Below are positions 54,447 through 64,000 of a stretch of 64,000 bases of DNA, piece after piece. Origin of the DNA: Azolla caroliniana (Eukaryota; Plantae; Polypodiophyta). The stretch spans positions 186,001 through 250,000 of the forward strand of contig JBHGNT010000034.1 in the NCBI GenBank assembly GCA_043228905.1. The letters run 5' to 3'. How positions within the stretch are numbered: the first letter of the stretch is position 1; every line of letters begins with the position of its first letter. A model generated the notes under the pieces. That model searched no databases. It worked only from the letters and a program-made list of their open reading frames with translations, and was not told the DNA's origin. A program made the position numbers and the translations under genes.

Positions 54447-55202
54447 GTTTTTAGGACCTGGTACTCTTACATTGTTTATTCAGAGGCCAAACACTGTCTT
54501 CTTCTATGTAAACTTTTAACATATATCATAATATGTTTGCTGACATATATTATGGCTTTCAACCCAATGTTGTGAGTTGTGACAATAGTTATGACTTTGG
54601 TAATGGTGTCTGTGTAAAAATTTCCGTGAGAAACAGCTATCCTTGAATGCCGTTGCATTCATGATTGAAAGTCTCAATATTATTTCTAAATTTATGTGGC
54701 TTTACAAACTCTCTTTCACAAAGTATTCAAAGTGATAGCTAGGCAAGATCCTCTTCACAGCTCACCTTACTACAAGAGGTGCATTTATAAGTCTCTGGAA
54801 TTTAAGTAATACTAGCAGCAATTGAATGTACACCATATGTACCAATTATACGTCTTTTAATTGTAATCATTTTAATTCAGAATTATCCAGGGAATTCAGA
54901 CCATTCAAAATAATTGATGCCCTCCTAATTGTACATGTTTTTATCTTCAACTAGATGGAAACAAATCTTGGCCAACAATCTTCTAGCAAGGTTGCCCTTT
55001 CCTCTAACTGCACTGTGAATTTTGCTTACCAAGCTTTATGGAAAAGCTCACTATTCACATCTTGAATAAAAGTATCATGCGTCTTATTCCTTTTTTATTA
55101 TCTATTCCCATTGAATTTCTATGCTCAAAAAGCAATAAAATAAAAAGGTTAGAAATCATTGAGGTAAATTCACTTTGATACTATTTAAAAGGTATAAGTT
55201 GA

Positions 55203-55230
55203 TTTAGGGTTTAGGGTTTGGTTTGAGTTT
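55203..55230 (+). repeat. Short TTTAGGG tract with degenerate continuation
   Basis: TTTAGGG TTTAGGG TTTGG TTTGAG TTT. Confidence 0.7.
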
Positions 55231-55407
55231 TTGATGTGCGACAATAAGATGATAGACGATAAACTTTGATGACGGTAAGAGAGAGTGGGAAGGTTTTGAA
55301 CCAACAAGTGACTCAAACATATTGAGTTATTTATTAATGCATCAATACAAATCAAATTGAGACAGAGAATTTAAAAATCAAATGATAAATTTGCTAGTGT
55401 GTGTAAT

Positions 55408-55447
55408 TCCAAACTAGTTTCGCTCTATCAAAGAGCCCTTTAATGGA
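55408..55447 (-). ncRNA. Decayed minimal type I hammerhead ribozyme-like motif
   Basis: Minus strand TCCA-ttaaagg-GCTCT-ttgat-AGAGC-GAAAC-TA-GTT-TGGA. Stems I and II are perfect and GAAAC is intact; the CTGANGA box has 3 mismatches. Confidence 0.55.
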
Positions 55448-56246
55448 GGATATTGATTTTGTGAATATAATTTTCAAGTTTTACATCTCTTATATGGGCA
55501 GTCCTACAATTGATTACATTTCCTTTAAAAAATGTTTATAATACATTATTAGGTACCCCTTACAACTTTAAATTCTATTTTTTTAGACATTTAAAAAGGG
55601 TTAAGCATGTCCATTTTTGAGGATCATATATGTGATGTCTCGTATAATCAGACATGTTTTCCGTTTCTTGATTTAATATTAAATTTGTCATTCATACATG
55701 CCACTTTCTTGGTTTGGCCATCTAATCATTCTTGACCATTGTTCTTTGATTAAAGTTGTCTTGAATTGGCGTGGGCAAAGCGAGAAAAGGCAACAAAGGT
55801 AGGTTTCATGATATCTCAAGAATCTTGACAAAGAAATGACTAGATGAAGGAGTGCTAGATAGACTAGTGATAGGTCAAATAGTTTGAGCTAGCTGTTGTT
55901 AATGCAAAGACTTAGGGTTCAACAATGATTGGGGTTTGTTGGAAGATGAAAACGAGGTTACAAAGGGCAAATATGGATAAATGGTCAAACACACTAGTAA
56001 TACTTTAGGTCAAAGCTAGGAGCCCATACATAAAGAAATATCTAATGACATTATCGATCCCAAGCACCCATGTGGAAAGGGAAGTGCATTGACAGAGAAA
56101 ATGAGTGGTACATTTCAGTCACAATATGAGATTCAAGGGTTATGTAATGTGATGTTTTACGATATTTGATGAGGAAGAGAGAAAACTACAAATCAATGAG
56201 TGAGGGAAATTGAAGGGTATGAACATTTTAGTCACAATATGAGATT

Positions 56247-58891
56247 AAAATGTTCATAGCTGCATCGTGTGATATCAGATTTTTGTGTTGAAACATGCGA
56301 ATCCAAGCTAACAACGCTAGCTATAATATGGATTTGAAAAATTATGATTTTGAAACTTAGGTCGAGAGACATGAAGAAAAAAAGCAATTTTGAGGTGGGT
56401 GTAGACAAGAGCGCATAAGTAAATGAAAATGTTCATACCTGGCTCGTGTGATATCAGATTTTTGTGTTCAAACAAATGAATCAAAGCTAACAATGCTAGC
56501 TATGACAAAGAATTGAAAAATCAAGATTTTCAAACTCAGGTCGAGAGACATGAAGAAAAAGCCAAAGTTGAGGAGGGCGTAGACAAGAGCGCGCGAGTAA
56601 ATGAAAATGTTCATACCTAGCTCGTGTGATATCGGATTTTTGTGTTCAAACATGCGAATCGAAGCTACCAATGCTAGCTATGACAGAGAATTGAAAAATC
56701 ATGATTTTGAAACTCAGGTCGAGAGACATGAAGAAAAAAGCAAAGATGAGGAGGGCGTAGACAAGAGCGCGTGAGTAAATGAAAATGTTCATAGCTACAT
56801 CGTGTGATGTCAGATTTTTGTATTGAAACATGCAAATCCAAGCTAACAACGCTAGATATAATATGGATTTGAAAAATTATGATTTTGAAAGTCAAGTCGA
56901 GAGACATGAAGAAAAACCCAAAGTTGAGGAGGGCGTAGGCAAGAGCGTGTGACTACATGAAAATGTTCATACCTGGCTCGTGTGATATCGGATTTTTGTG
57001 TTCAAACATACGAATCGAAGCTAATGACACACTCTATAATATGGAATTAAAAAATAATGATTTTGAAACTTAGGTCGAGAGACATGAAGGAAACATCAAA
57101 GTTGAGGACCGTGTAGACGAGCGTGTGAGTAAATGAAAATGTTCATAGCTGGGTCGTGTGGTATCAGATTTTTGTGTTCAAACATGTGAATCGAAACTAA
57201 TGACACGTTCATAGCTGGCTCGTCTGATATCGAATTTTTGTGTTCGAACCTGCGAATCGAAACTAATGACACTCTATAATATGGAATTAAAAAATAATGA
57301 TTTTGAAACTCAGGTCGAAAGAAATGAAGAAAAAAGCAAAGTTGAGGAGGGCGTAGACAAGAACGTTTGAGTAAATGAAACTGTTCATACATGGCTCGTG
57401 TGATATCCGATTTTTGTGTTCAAACATGCGAATCGAAGCTAATAACAGACTCTATAATATGGAATATAAAATTCATGATTTTGAAACTCAGGTTGAGAGA
57501 CAGGAAGAAAAAAGCAAAGTTAAGGAGTGCGTAGAGAAGAGCGTGTGAGTAAATGAAAATGTTCATACCTGGTTTGTGTGATATCGGATTTTTGTGTTCA
57601 AACATGTGAATCGAAGCTAATGACACACTCTATAATATGGAATAGGAAAATAATGATTTTGAAACTCAGGTCGAGAGATAGGAAGAAAAAAGAAAAGTTG
57701 AGGAGGATGTAGACAAGAGCGTGTGAGTAAAGAAAAATGTTCATAATTGGCCTGTGTGATATTGGATTTTTGTTTTCAAACGTGCGGATGAAAGCTAAGG
57801 ACACACTCTATAATATAGAATTAAAAATTAATGGTTTTGAAACTCAGGTGGAGAGACATGAACAGAAAAACAAAGTTGAGGAGGTCGTAGACAAGAGCCT
57901 GTGAGTAAATGAAAATGTTCATAGCTGGCCTGTGTGATATCAGACTTTTGTGTTCAAATAAGCGAATCGAAGCTAATGACACACTCCATAATATGGAATT
58001 AAAAAATAATGATTTGGAAACCCAAGTCGAGAGACATGAAGAAAAAAGCAAAGTTGAGGAGGGCGTAGACAAGAACGTTTGAGTAAATGAAAATGTTCAT
58101 ACCTGGCTCGTGTGATATCGGATTTTTGTGTTCAAACATGCGAATCGAAGCTAATAACACACTCTATAATATGAAATATAAAAATAATGATTTTAAAACT
58201 TAGGTCGAGAGACATGAACCGAAAAGCAAAGTTGAGGAGGTTGTAGACAAGAGCGTGTGAGTAAATCAAAATGTTCATAGCTGGCCTGTGTGATATCAGA
58301 TTTTTGTGGTCAAACAAGCGAATCGAAGCTAATGACACAGTCTATTATTTTCAATTAAAAAATAATGATTTTGAAACCCAAGTCGAAAGAAATGAAGAAA
58401 GAAGCAAAGTTGAGGAGGGTGTAGACAAGAACGTTTGAGTAAATGAAAATGTTCATACCTGGCTCATGTTATATCGGATTTTTGTGTTCAAACATGAGAA
58501 TTGAAGCTAATAACACACTCTATGATATGGAATTAAAAAATAATGATTTTGAAACCCAAGTCGAGAGACATGAAGAAGAAAACAAAGTTGAAGAGGGCGT
58601 AGACAAGAACGTTTGAGTAAATGAAAATGTTCATACTTGGTTCGTGTGATATCGGATTTGTGTGTTCAAATATGTGAATCGAAGCTAATGACAAACTCTA
58701 TAATATGGAATAGGAAAATTATGAGTTTGAAACTCAGGTTGAGAGACAGGGAGAAAAAAGAAAAGTTGAGGAGGATGTAGACAAGAGCGTGTGAGTAAAG
58801 AAAAATGTTCATAATTTGCTCGTGTGATATCGGATTTTTGTTTTCAAATGTGCGGATCAAAGCTAATGACACACTCTATAATAAAGAATTA
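56247..58891. repeat. 178-bp satellite array, left part (~15 monomers)
   Basis: Monomer AAAATGTTCATAC/GCTGGCTCGTGTGATATCGGATTTTTGTGTTCAAAC...GTAGACAAGAGCGTGTGAGTAAATG recurs every 178 bp. Confidence 0.98.
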
Positions 58892-58982
58892 TTGTCAACT
58901 GTTGGGTCGTTACAAGGAGTGCGAGCGACGTAGTAATAGGGTAGATAATCTAATAGGAAGAAAATATATTGTGAGTACCAAG

Positions 58983-59024
<42 letters not shown>

Positions 59025-59052
59025 CAAGAAAATATCATTAGAATGAAAAGAA

Positions 59053-59109
59053 AGACCTTATGCAGCAAACTAGTTTCGCTCAAGAATGAGCTCATTAGTC
59101 CAAAGGTCT
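59053..59109 (-). ncRNA. Minimal type I hammerhead ribozyme (core variant CTAATGA) in PLE 3' UTR
   Basis: Minus strand AGACCTT-tgga-CTAATGA-GCTCA-ttct-TGAGC-GAAAC-TA-GTT-tgctgcat-AAGGTCT: stem II, GAAAC, palindromic mini stem III (AACTAGTT) and extended stem I. Confidence 0.8.
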
Positions 59110-59393
59110 ATTACAATATGGGTGTAGCTTTATATAAGGTGGGGGAGGTGGGAGAGGGAGAGGGAGAGAGGAGAAATAAGAGTTAGTGATGGGAGAGAGA
59201 AGAAGGGGGTAATGGTAGGTAGTTGAATGATACAAAGTAAGTGGTGGTGGGCTAAGAAGAGTGGAGGGTTATAAGTATGTGTATGCTAAGTAATAAGTGG
59301 GGGTGGGCTATGAAAAGTGGGAGATTATGGTAAGTAATAAGTGGGGGTGTGTTATGCATAAGTGGGGGGTTATAAGTAAGTAAATGTGTAGTG

Positions 59394-60717
59394 TTAAGTA
59401 AGAGATTTTGGGGATGACCTTTTATATTTAGTTTTGACCAAAAAAGAGTGAATGGAGTTGGATTTAGTCCAACACACAAAAGGTCTAGGTATCTGAGATA
59501 GTTTGGGATCTAAGAGTAAATCCTCGTGGAGGTTTTTTAGCATGTCATGAATTCCTATCTTAGGGGTATCTTGTGTATATCTAAGTTTGAAGATAACGGG
59601 TAGAAGAGTACTTTTGGGTTTCCTACTATATATTAGTGATTTCCTAACCCTAAAGGGGACATTTTTATAATTCTCTTTTATGAAAGAAGGGGGATATCCT
59701 CTCGTAATTAGTCTAGTAAAAAATAGTTTTTTCATTCGACGGAAACCTAAAGGAGTGCTTTCTCTAATTAGGTATCGTTTTAGTTCATTAATAATAAAAT
59801 GTCTTTTTAAATGAAGGGGGTGTTCTGACGAGAACGGGAGATATTGGTAAGCATTTTGGGGCTTTTGGTAGCAATTAAAGAAGAATTTAGAGTTTTCTAG
59901 GTTAATCCATAAGTCTAGGAAGGGTAATCTAGAGGGGGAAGTGGTGATGGTAAGTTTGATACAATTATTAGTAGAGGTATTATAGAATTGAAGGTAATTT
60001 TCTAACTCGAGTTTAGTACCCGTCCATATTCCGAAAGCGTCATCTATATATCTAGTGAAAAAGCAAAGATTTGGGTGTGGTGGTTGCGAATTCTCTAAGT
60101 GAGCTAAGAAAAGGCAAGCATATACTACAGAAAAATTACTACCCATGGTTGTACCCTTTACTTGTTAATAAATTACGTTGTCAAAAGAGAGAAAGTGATA
60201 TTCTAATGTGAGTGCGCTAAGTGTATAAATAAGGTTAGTTTTAGAAGTTGAAAAATAGGGGGTAATGATTTTTCGTAAGGCTTCTAGACCTAGCTTAGGA
60301 GGGATGCTAGGATATAAGGATTCAACATCAAAGGTAAAGATAAAGCTATTAGGGGGTGGTTTAAGATGTTCTAGAGTTTGGATAAGGGAGTGTGAGTCTT
60401 TCAAATTCTTTAAGTAGGATAAGTGGTGGAGGTGGGGAAGCTGGGAGGATGTGTTTCAAACCTAGGTTGAGGAGTTGTGTCTCGTGTTTGGAGAGGGTAT
60501 AATCAGAGTGATTGTGTATCCTACTACTAATTACAGGTTTCCTAAGGAGGGGAGTCCAAAATTTGGTTCGTGGTTTTTTAGTATTTGACTTTTTAGTGTG
60601 TGATTTAGTGTAAGGGGAGAAGGGGAAACGAGAGTTTGTTCTACCTAGCCACATGTAGGTATCACAAGTTAAGAGGGGCCTATCTAGTATGTAAAAGAGA
60701 CGCTTACAAGGGTGCAA
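59394..60717 (-). pseudogene. Penelope-like reverse transcriptase (disrupted), no GIY-YIG domain
   Basis: IHNHSDYTLSKHETQLLNLGLKH (PLE N-terminal motif); FTFDVESLYPSIP; Y*QVKGTTMGS; FTRYIDDAFGIW; LPFLDL; YQKP...YLPFSSEHP; RGYP; stop at 59394. Deletion/frameshift at ~60400 and in-frame stop at 60165. Confidence 0.92.
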
Positions 60718-60932
60718 GGCGTGCTTAAAACGTTTACTAATTCGTTTAGCATGCCTCGCTACCTGTTTTTTGGTCTACATGTATATGACCGAGTTTTAGT
60801 TTGGGGGTGAGGGGGGGGGTTTGTAAGAGCTATGGGGGTTTGATTTATTATATGGGTGTGTGGTAGGGGCAAACGAGTTAGAATTAGGAAAAAGGGGAGG
60901 GGTATTATATGTAAATAGGGAGGGGTTATTTT

Positions 60933-63038
60933 TCAAATTATGTGAGAAAAAGGGGGGGGTGCATGTGTGGAATTATTAAGAAAGGAGAGGGAGTGTGTAA
61001 AGATATTAGGGGGGGAGGGGGCTGTGTTAGAAATAGGGGGAGGGGTAAGACCAGAATTATACAAAGTGTTGGGGGGGAAATATGGATGGGGGTCATTACA
61101 AAAAGGGGGAAGGGGGTTAGGTTGGGGAATATTAGAAAGTAATGGAGGGGTATACGAGGAATTTGCAGAAAATGTGGGAGGGTTTTGAGAGTGAAAGGGG
61201 TGTGGGTGTAGTGGCCATGAATAAGGAAAGGGGGATGGGTTATACTGCCCTATTGTAGGAGGAGGGAAAGAAAATTGAGGGGCAAAGGAGGAGGGATGAG
61301 AGGCTTTGAGGGGCTCAGTATACAGAGGAGGGTTGGAGAGCAAGGGGGGAAGGTGAGAATGGGGGAGGTCGACGCCTCTATAGTCGACTGTACGCGCCGA
61401 GTCGAGAACACCGCCGCCCGTCCTTAGCTTTAATCTATCGTGTTGTTGGTGGTTGTGTAGGGCCGACGAGAAACCAACAGGAGCGGCCGATGAGTGGAAA
61501 GTATGGATCAAAGATGGGGGTACTCCGTGTGAGTTGTGTGGCCAAGCTAGCATATGGTGGTTGATGTCACCGCTGCCGCCGCCGTTGTTGCCGTAGCCGT
61601 AGCCGCCTCCACCACCAAAAAGTTGTGATGGTCGATGATGGAGATCCTGTGGTGGATGATGCGATGGACCTGTATAAGGGGAAACATATGTGGTGAAGTT
61701 GGAGTTCGGGAATGTTGGTGTTATCCTCGTGTTATGGTGGAGGTGGGCTGAGTTTGTGTTCGGGCCTATCGAAAGGCCATTGGGTCTATAGAATAATACT
61801 TTTGGGTTTCTATGATTGAGGTTGTTCGGATAAGGGTTCATGCTAACTTCATTATTATTTATGTTGCAGATGAATTGAGGATGGTTGTGGTGGTTGGATG
61901 ATCCACGTTTAATTTGTGGTGGAGGAGGCTTCGGGTTTGTTGTTCGAGGCCAAGGGTTAGGGTTGGGGTCGGTTCTCAAGTTAGGGTTAGGGTTTGTTTT
62001 GAAATTAGTGTTAGGGTTAGGGTTTGTTTTGAAATTAGGGTTAGGGTTAGGGCCAGGGTTTATTCTCGAGTTAGGGTTAGGGTTAGGGTTTATTCTAGAG
62101 TTAGGGTTGGGGTTAGGGTTTGTTCTCGAGTTAGGCTTAGGGTTTTTTTTCGAGTTAGGGTTAGGGTTTGTTCTCAAGTTAAGGTTATTGTGATGAGATG
62201 TAAACTGAAATTTGTCATATTGTGCTTTCTCAAAACTATCTACTACCTTTTCACTATCATCTTCAATATCATCTTCAGATTCCATATCTAGGTCTATCTC
62301 TCTAATATGGTGCTTGGTTGTGCTTTGAGTGTTGTCGTTTATTAATTGTGCTTTATCTCTTCTTTGCATTGCAGCCGTTCTAAAGGCTTCCTTATAAGTG
62401 AATGATAGAGCTATTGTATTACATTCTTTTAAAATATTAGTGGCTAATTCTTCTCTGAAATCTTCAAGTTGTTTGCTAAATGAGTTAGGGTTTGAATCGG
62501 GTTCTATTATGTCAAAACAAGCGGGGGCTTTTAGGAGATTAGCAAGCTTGAGTATATCTGTTCGCATGATTGTGGGAAAGTCATCTACAATTTTAGTATA
62601 ATAATGCACAAGGCTGTCTAAATGCTTAACATATGCGGTAGTGAGATCTTTACTATATTGTGTTGTAATGGAAGCAAACTCTAGCTGTAAACTTTTATTA
62701 ATATCTTCGTGTTTGATAACTAGTCTAGGGGGTTGGATTCTCAAGCCATGAGGGGCTATATTATGCGAATTTAGGTTTGACATATGAGTGTATGTTCTTT
62801 TTGCTTTTTGTGCTTTTTGATAGAGGCTTTTAAACTCTGCTATTATTCTACACTTGTAATCTTCAATGTGTTGGGAAATTAGCGGTGATTCATTGGAGAT
62901 TACCTGGGTACTCGTAGTTTTTGGGGGGGTTGGAGAAGTCGAAATTATTGGAGCTCGTGGTCTTTTGGTTGGACGTTTGTTGGCGCTTCTAGGTTTTGTA
63001 GGAGTAGGTGTGGTGGAAGTAGCTGCCGCAAAAGTCAT
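60933..63038 (-). CDS. PLE ORF1-like protein (~701 aa): basic N-terminus, helical domain, NP-repeat tract, His/Pro-rich low-complexity tail
   Basis: Open frame from ATG 63038 (MTFAAATS...); KRPTKRPR basic motif; APHGLRI (PxGLR-like) motif; directly upstream of the PLE RT on the same strand. Confidence 0.7.
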   Translation of the reverse strand: MTFAAATSTTPTPTKPRSANKRPTKRPRAPIISTSPTPPKTTSTQVISNESPLISQHIEDYKCRIIAEFKSLYQKAQKAKRTYTHMSNLNSHNIAPHGLRIQPPRLVIKHEDINKSLQLEFASITTQYSKDLTTAYVKHLDSLVHYYTKIVDDFPTIMRTDILKLANLLKAPACFDIIEPDSNPNSFSKQLEDFREELATNILKECNTIALSFTYKEAFRTAAMQRRDKAQLINDNTQSTTKHHIREIDLDMESEDDIEDDSEKVVDSFEKAQYDKFQFTSHHNNLNLRTNPNPNSKKNPKPNSRTNPNPNPNSRINPNPNPNSRINPGPNPNPNFKTNPNPNTNFKTNPNPNLRTDPNPNPWPRTTNPKPPPPQIKRGSSNHHNHPQFICNINNNEVSMNPYPNNLNHRNPKVLFYRPNGLSIGPNTNSAHLHHNTRITPTFPNSNFTTYVSPYTGPSHHPPQDLHHRPSQLFGGGGGYGYGNNGGGSGDINHHMLAWPHNSHGVPPSLIHTFHSSAAPVGFSSALHNHQQHDRLKLRTGGGVLDSARTVDYRGVDLPHSHLPPLLSNPPLYTEPLKASHPSSFAPQFSFPPPTIGQYNPSPFPYSWPLHPHPFHSQNPPTFSANSSYTPPLLSNIPQPNPLPPFCNDPHPYFPPNTLYNSGLTPPPISNTAPSPPNIFTHSLSFLNNSTHAPPPFSHII
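61953..62186 (+). repeat. Interrupted (TTAGGG)n telomere-like repeat blocks inside ORF1
   Basis: About 9 blocks of 24-30 bp such as GTTAGGGTTAGGGTTTGTTCTCGA; translated on the minus strand as TNPNPN(PN)SR/FK. Confidence 0.93.
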
Positions 63039-63042
63039 CAAC

Positions 63043-64000
63043 TGTGATATCGGATTTTTGTGTTCAAACAAGAGAATCGAAGCTAATGACACACTCTATT
63101 ATTTGCAATTAAAAAATAATGATTTTGAAACCCAAGTGGAGAGACATGAAGAAAAAAGCAAAGTTGAGGAGGGCGTAGACAAGAACGTTTGAGTAAATGA
63201 AAATGTTCATACCTGGCTCATGTTATATCGGATTTTTGTGTTCAAACATGCGAATCGAAGCTAGCAACACACTCTATAAAATGGAATATAAAAATAATGA
63301 TTTTGAAACTCAGGTTGAGAGACAAGAAGAAAAAAGCAAAGTTAAGGAGTGCTTAGAGAAGAGCGTGTGAGTAAATGAAAATGTTCATACCTGGCTCGTG
63401 TGATATAGGACTTTTGTGTTCAAACATGTGAATCGAAGCTAATGACACACTCTATAATATGAAATTAAAAAATAATGATTTTGAAACCCAAGTCGAGAGA
63501 CATGAAGAAAAAAACAAAGTTGAGGAGGGCGTAGACAAGAACGTTTGAGTAAATGAAAATGTTCATAATTTGCCCGTTGGTTATCGGGTTTTTGTTTTCA
63601 AACGTGCGAATCGAAGCTAATGACACACTCTATAATATAGAATTAAAAAATAATGATTTTAAACTCAGATCGAGAGACATGAACAGAAAAGCAAAGTTGA
63701 GGAGGTTGTAGACAAGAGCGTGTGAGCAAATGAAAATGTTCATAGCTGGCCTATGTGATATCCAATTTTTGTGTTCAAACAAGCGAATCGAAGCTAATGA
63801 CACAATCTATTATGTGCAATTAAAAAATAATGATTTTGAAACCCAAGTCGAGAGACATGAAGAAAAAAGAAAAGTTGAGGAGGGCGTAGACAAGAACGTT
63901 TGAGTAAATGAAAATGTTCATACCTGGCTCATGTCATATCGGATTTTTGTGTTCAAACATGCAAATCGAAGCTAACAACAGACTCTATAATATGGAATAT
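63043..64000. repeat. 178-bp satellite array, right part (runs off the window)
   Basis: Same monomer and orientation as 56247-58891. Confidence 0.98.

Larger units (their letters stand above)
58892..63042 (-). mobile_element. Endonuclease-deficient Penelope-like retroelement (Athena/Coprina-type architecture), internally deleted
   Basis: Long ORF1, PLE-type RT ending without GIY-YIG, 3' UTR hammerhead; interrupts the satellite with no TSD. Confidence 0.88.

Noticed and set aside
56468-58872. Series of ~68-aa minus-strand ORFs
   Set aside because: Translations of the satellite monomer recurring every 178 bp.
61885-62291. Plus-strand GL- and RV-dipeptide ORFs
   Set aside because: Automatic consequence of TTAGGG repeats lacking stops in these frames; no evidence of expression.
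58895-63045. TCAACTGT as target-site duplication of the PLE
   Set aside because: Not present in the satellite target, so it cannot be a TSD; kept only as an internal terminal repeat.
63039-63092. N-terminal extension MSLASILLFEHKNPISQL of the 719-aa ORF
   Set aside because: Lies in satellite sequence outside the element; the first element ATG is at 63038.
56247-64000. CRISPR array or homologue of Arabidopsis CEN178
   Set aside because: Contiguous monomers with no unique spacers in eukaryotic DNA; only the length matches CEN178 and I see no sequence similarity.

Overview
Eukaryotic land-plant DNA, probably a fern or other seed-free plant (inference from gene content and repeat landscape), rich in transposable elements. 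Four host genes: an intronless PLS-E PPR protein, a 3-exon membrane/zinc-ribbon/coiled-coil protein with a C-terminal U-box, a 10-exon BAR-SH3 (SH3P2-like) gene and a 5-exon cyclophilin ending in a CaaX box. Mobile DNA includes a very young Ty1/copia element nested in an older one, chromovirus and LINE remnants (one with a twin-priming 5' inversion) and a decayed Sola-like transposase. The most notable structure is at the right end. A 178-bp satellite array is interrupted by a ~4.15-kb endonuclease-less Penelope-like retroelement with no TSD and an apparent ~109-bp target deletion. Its long ORF1 encodes TTAGGG telomeric repeats as Asn-Pro codons, and its 3' UTR holds a minimal type I hammerhead ribozyme. 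A second, more decayed hammerhead of the same architecture lies ~3.6 kb to the left, next to TTTAGGG repeats in the same polarity. Together these suggest telomere/break-healing retroelements in a possibly subtelomeric region. All calls were made by eye; no searches were run.
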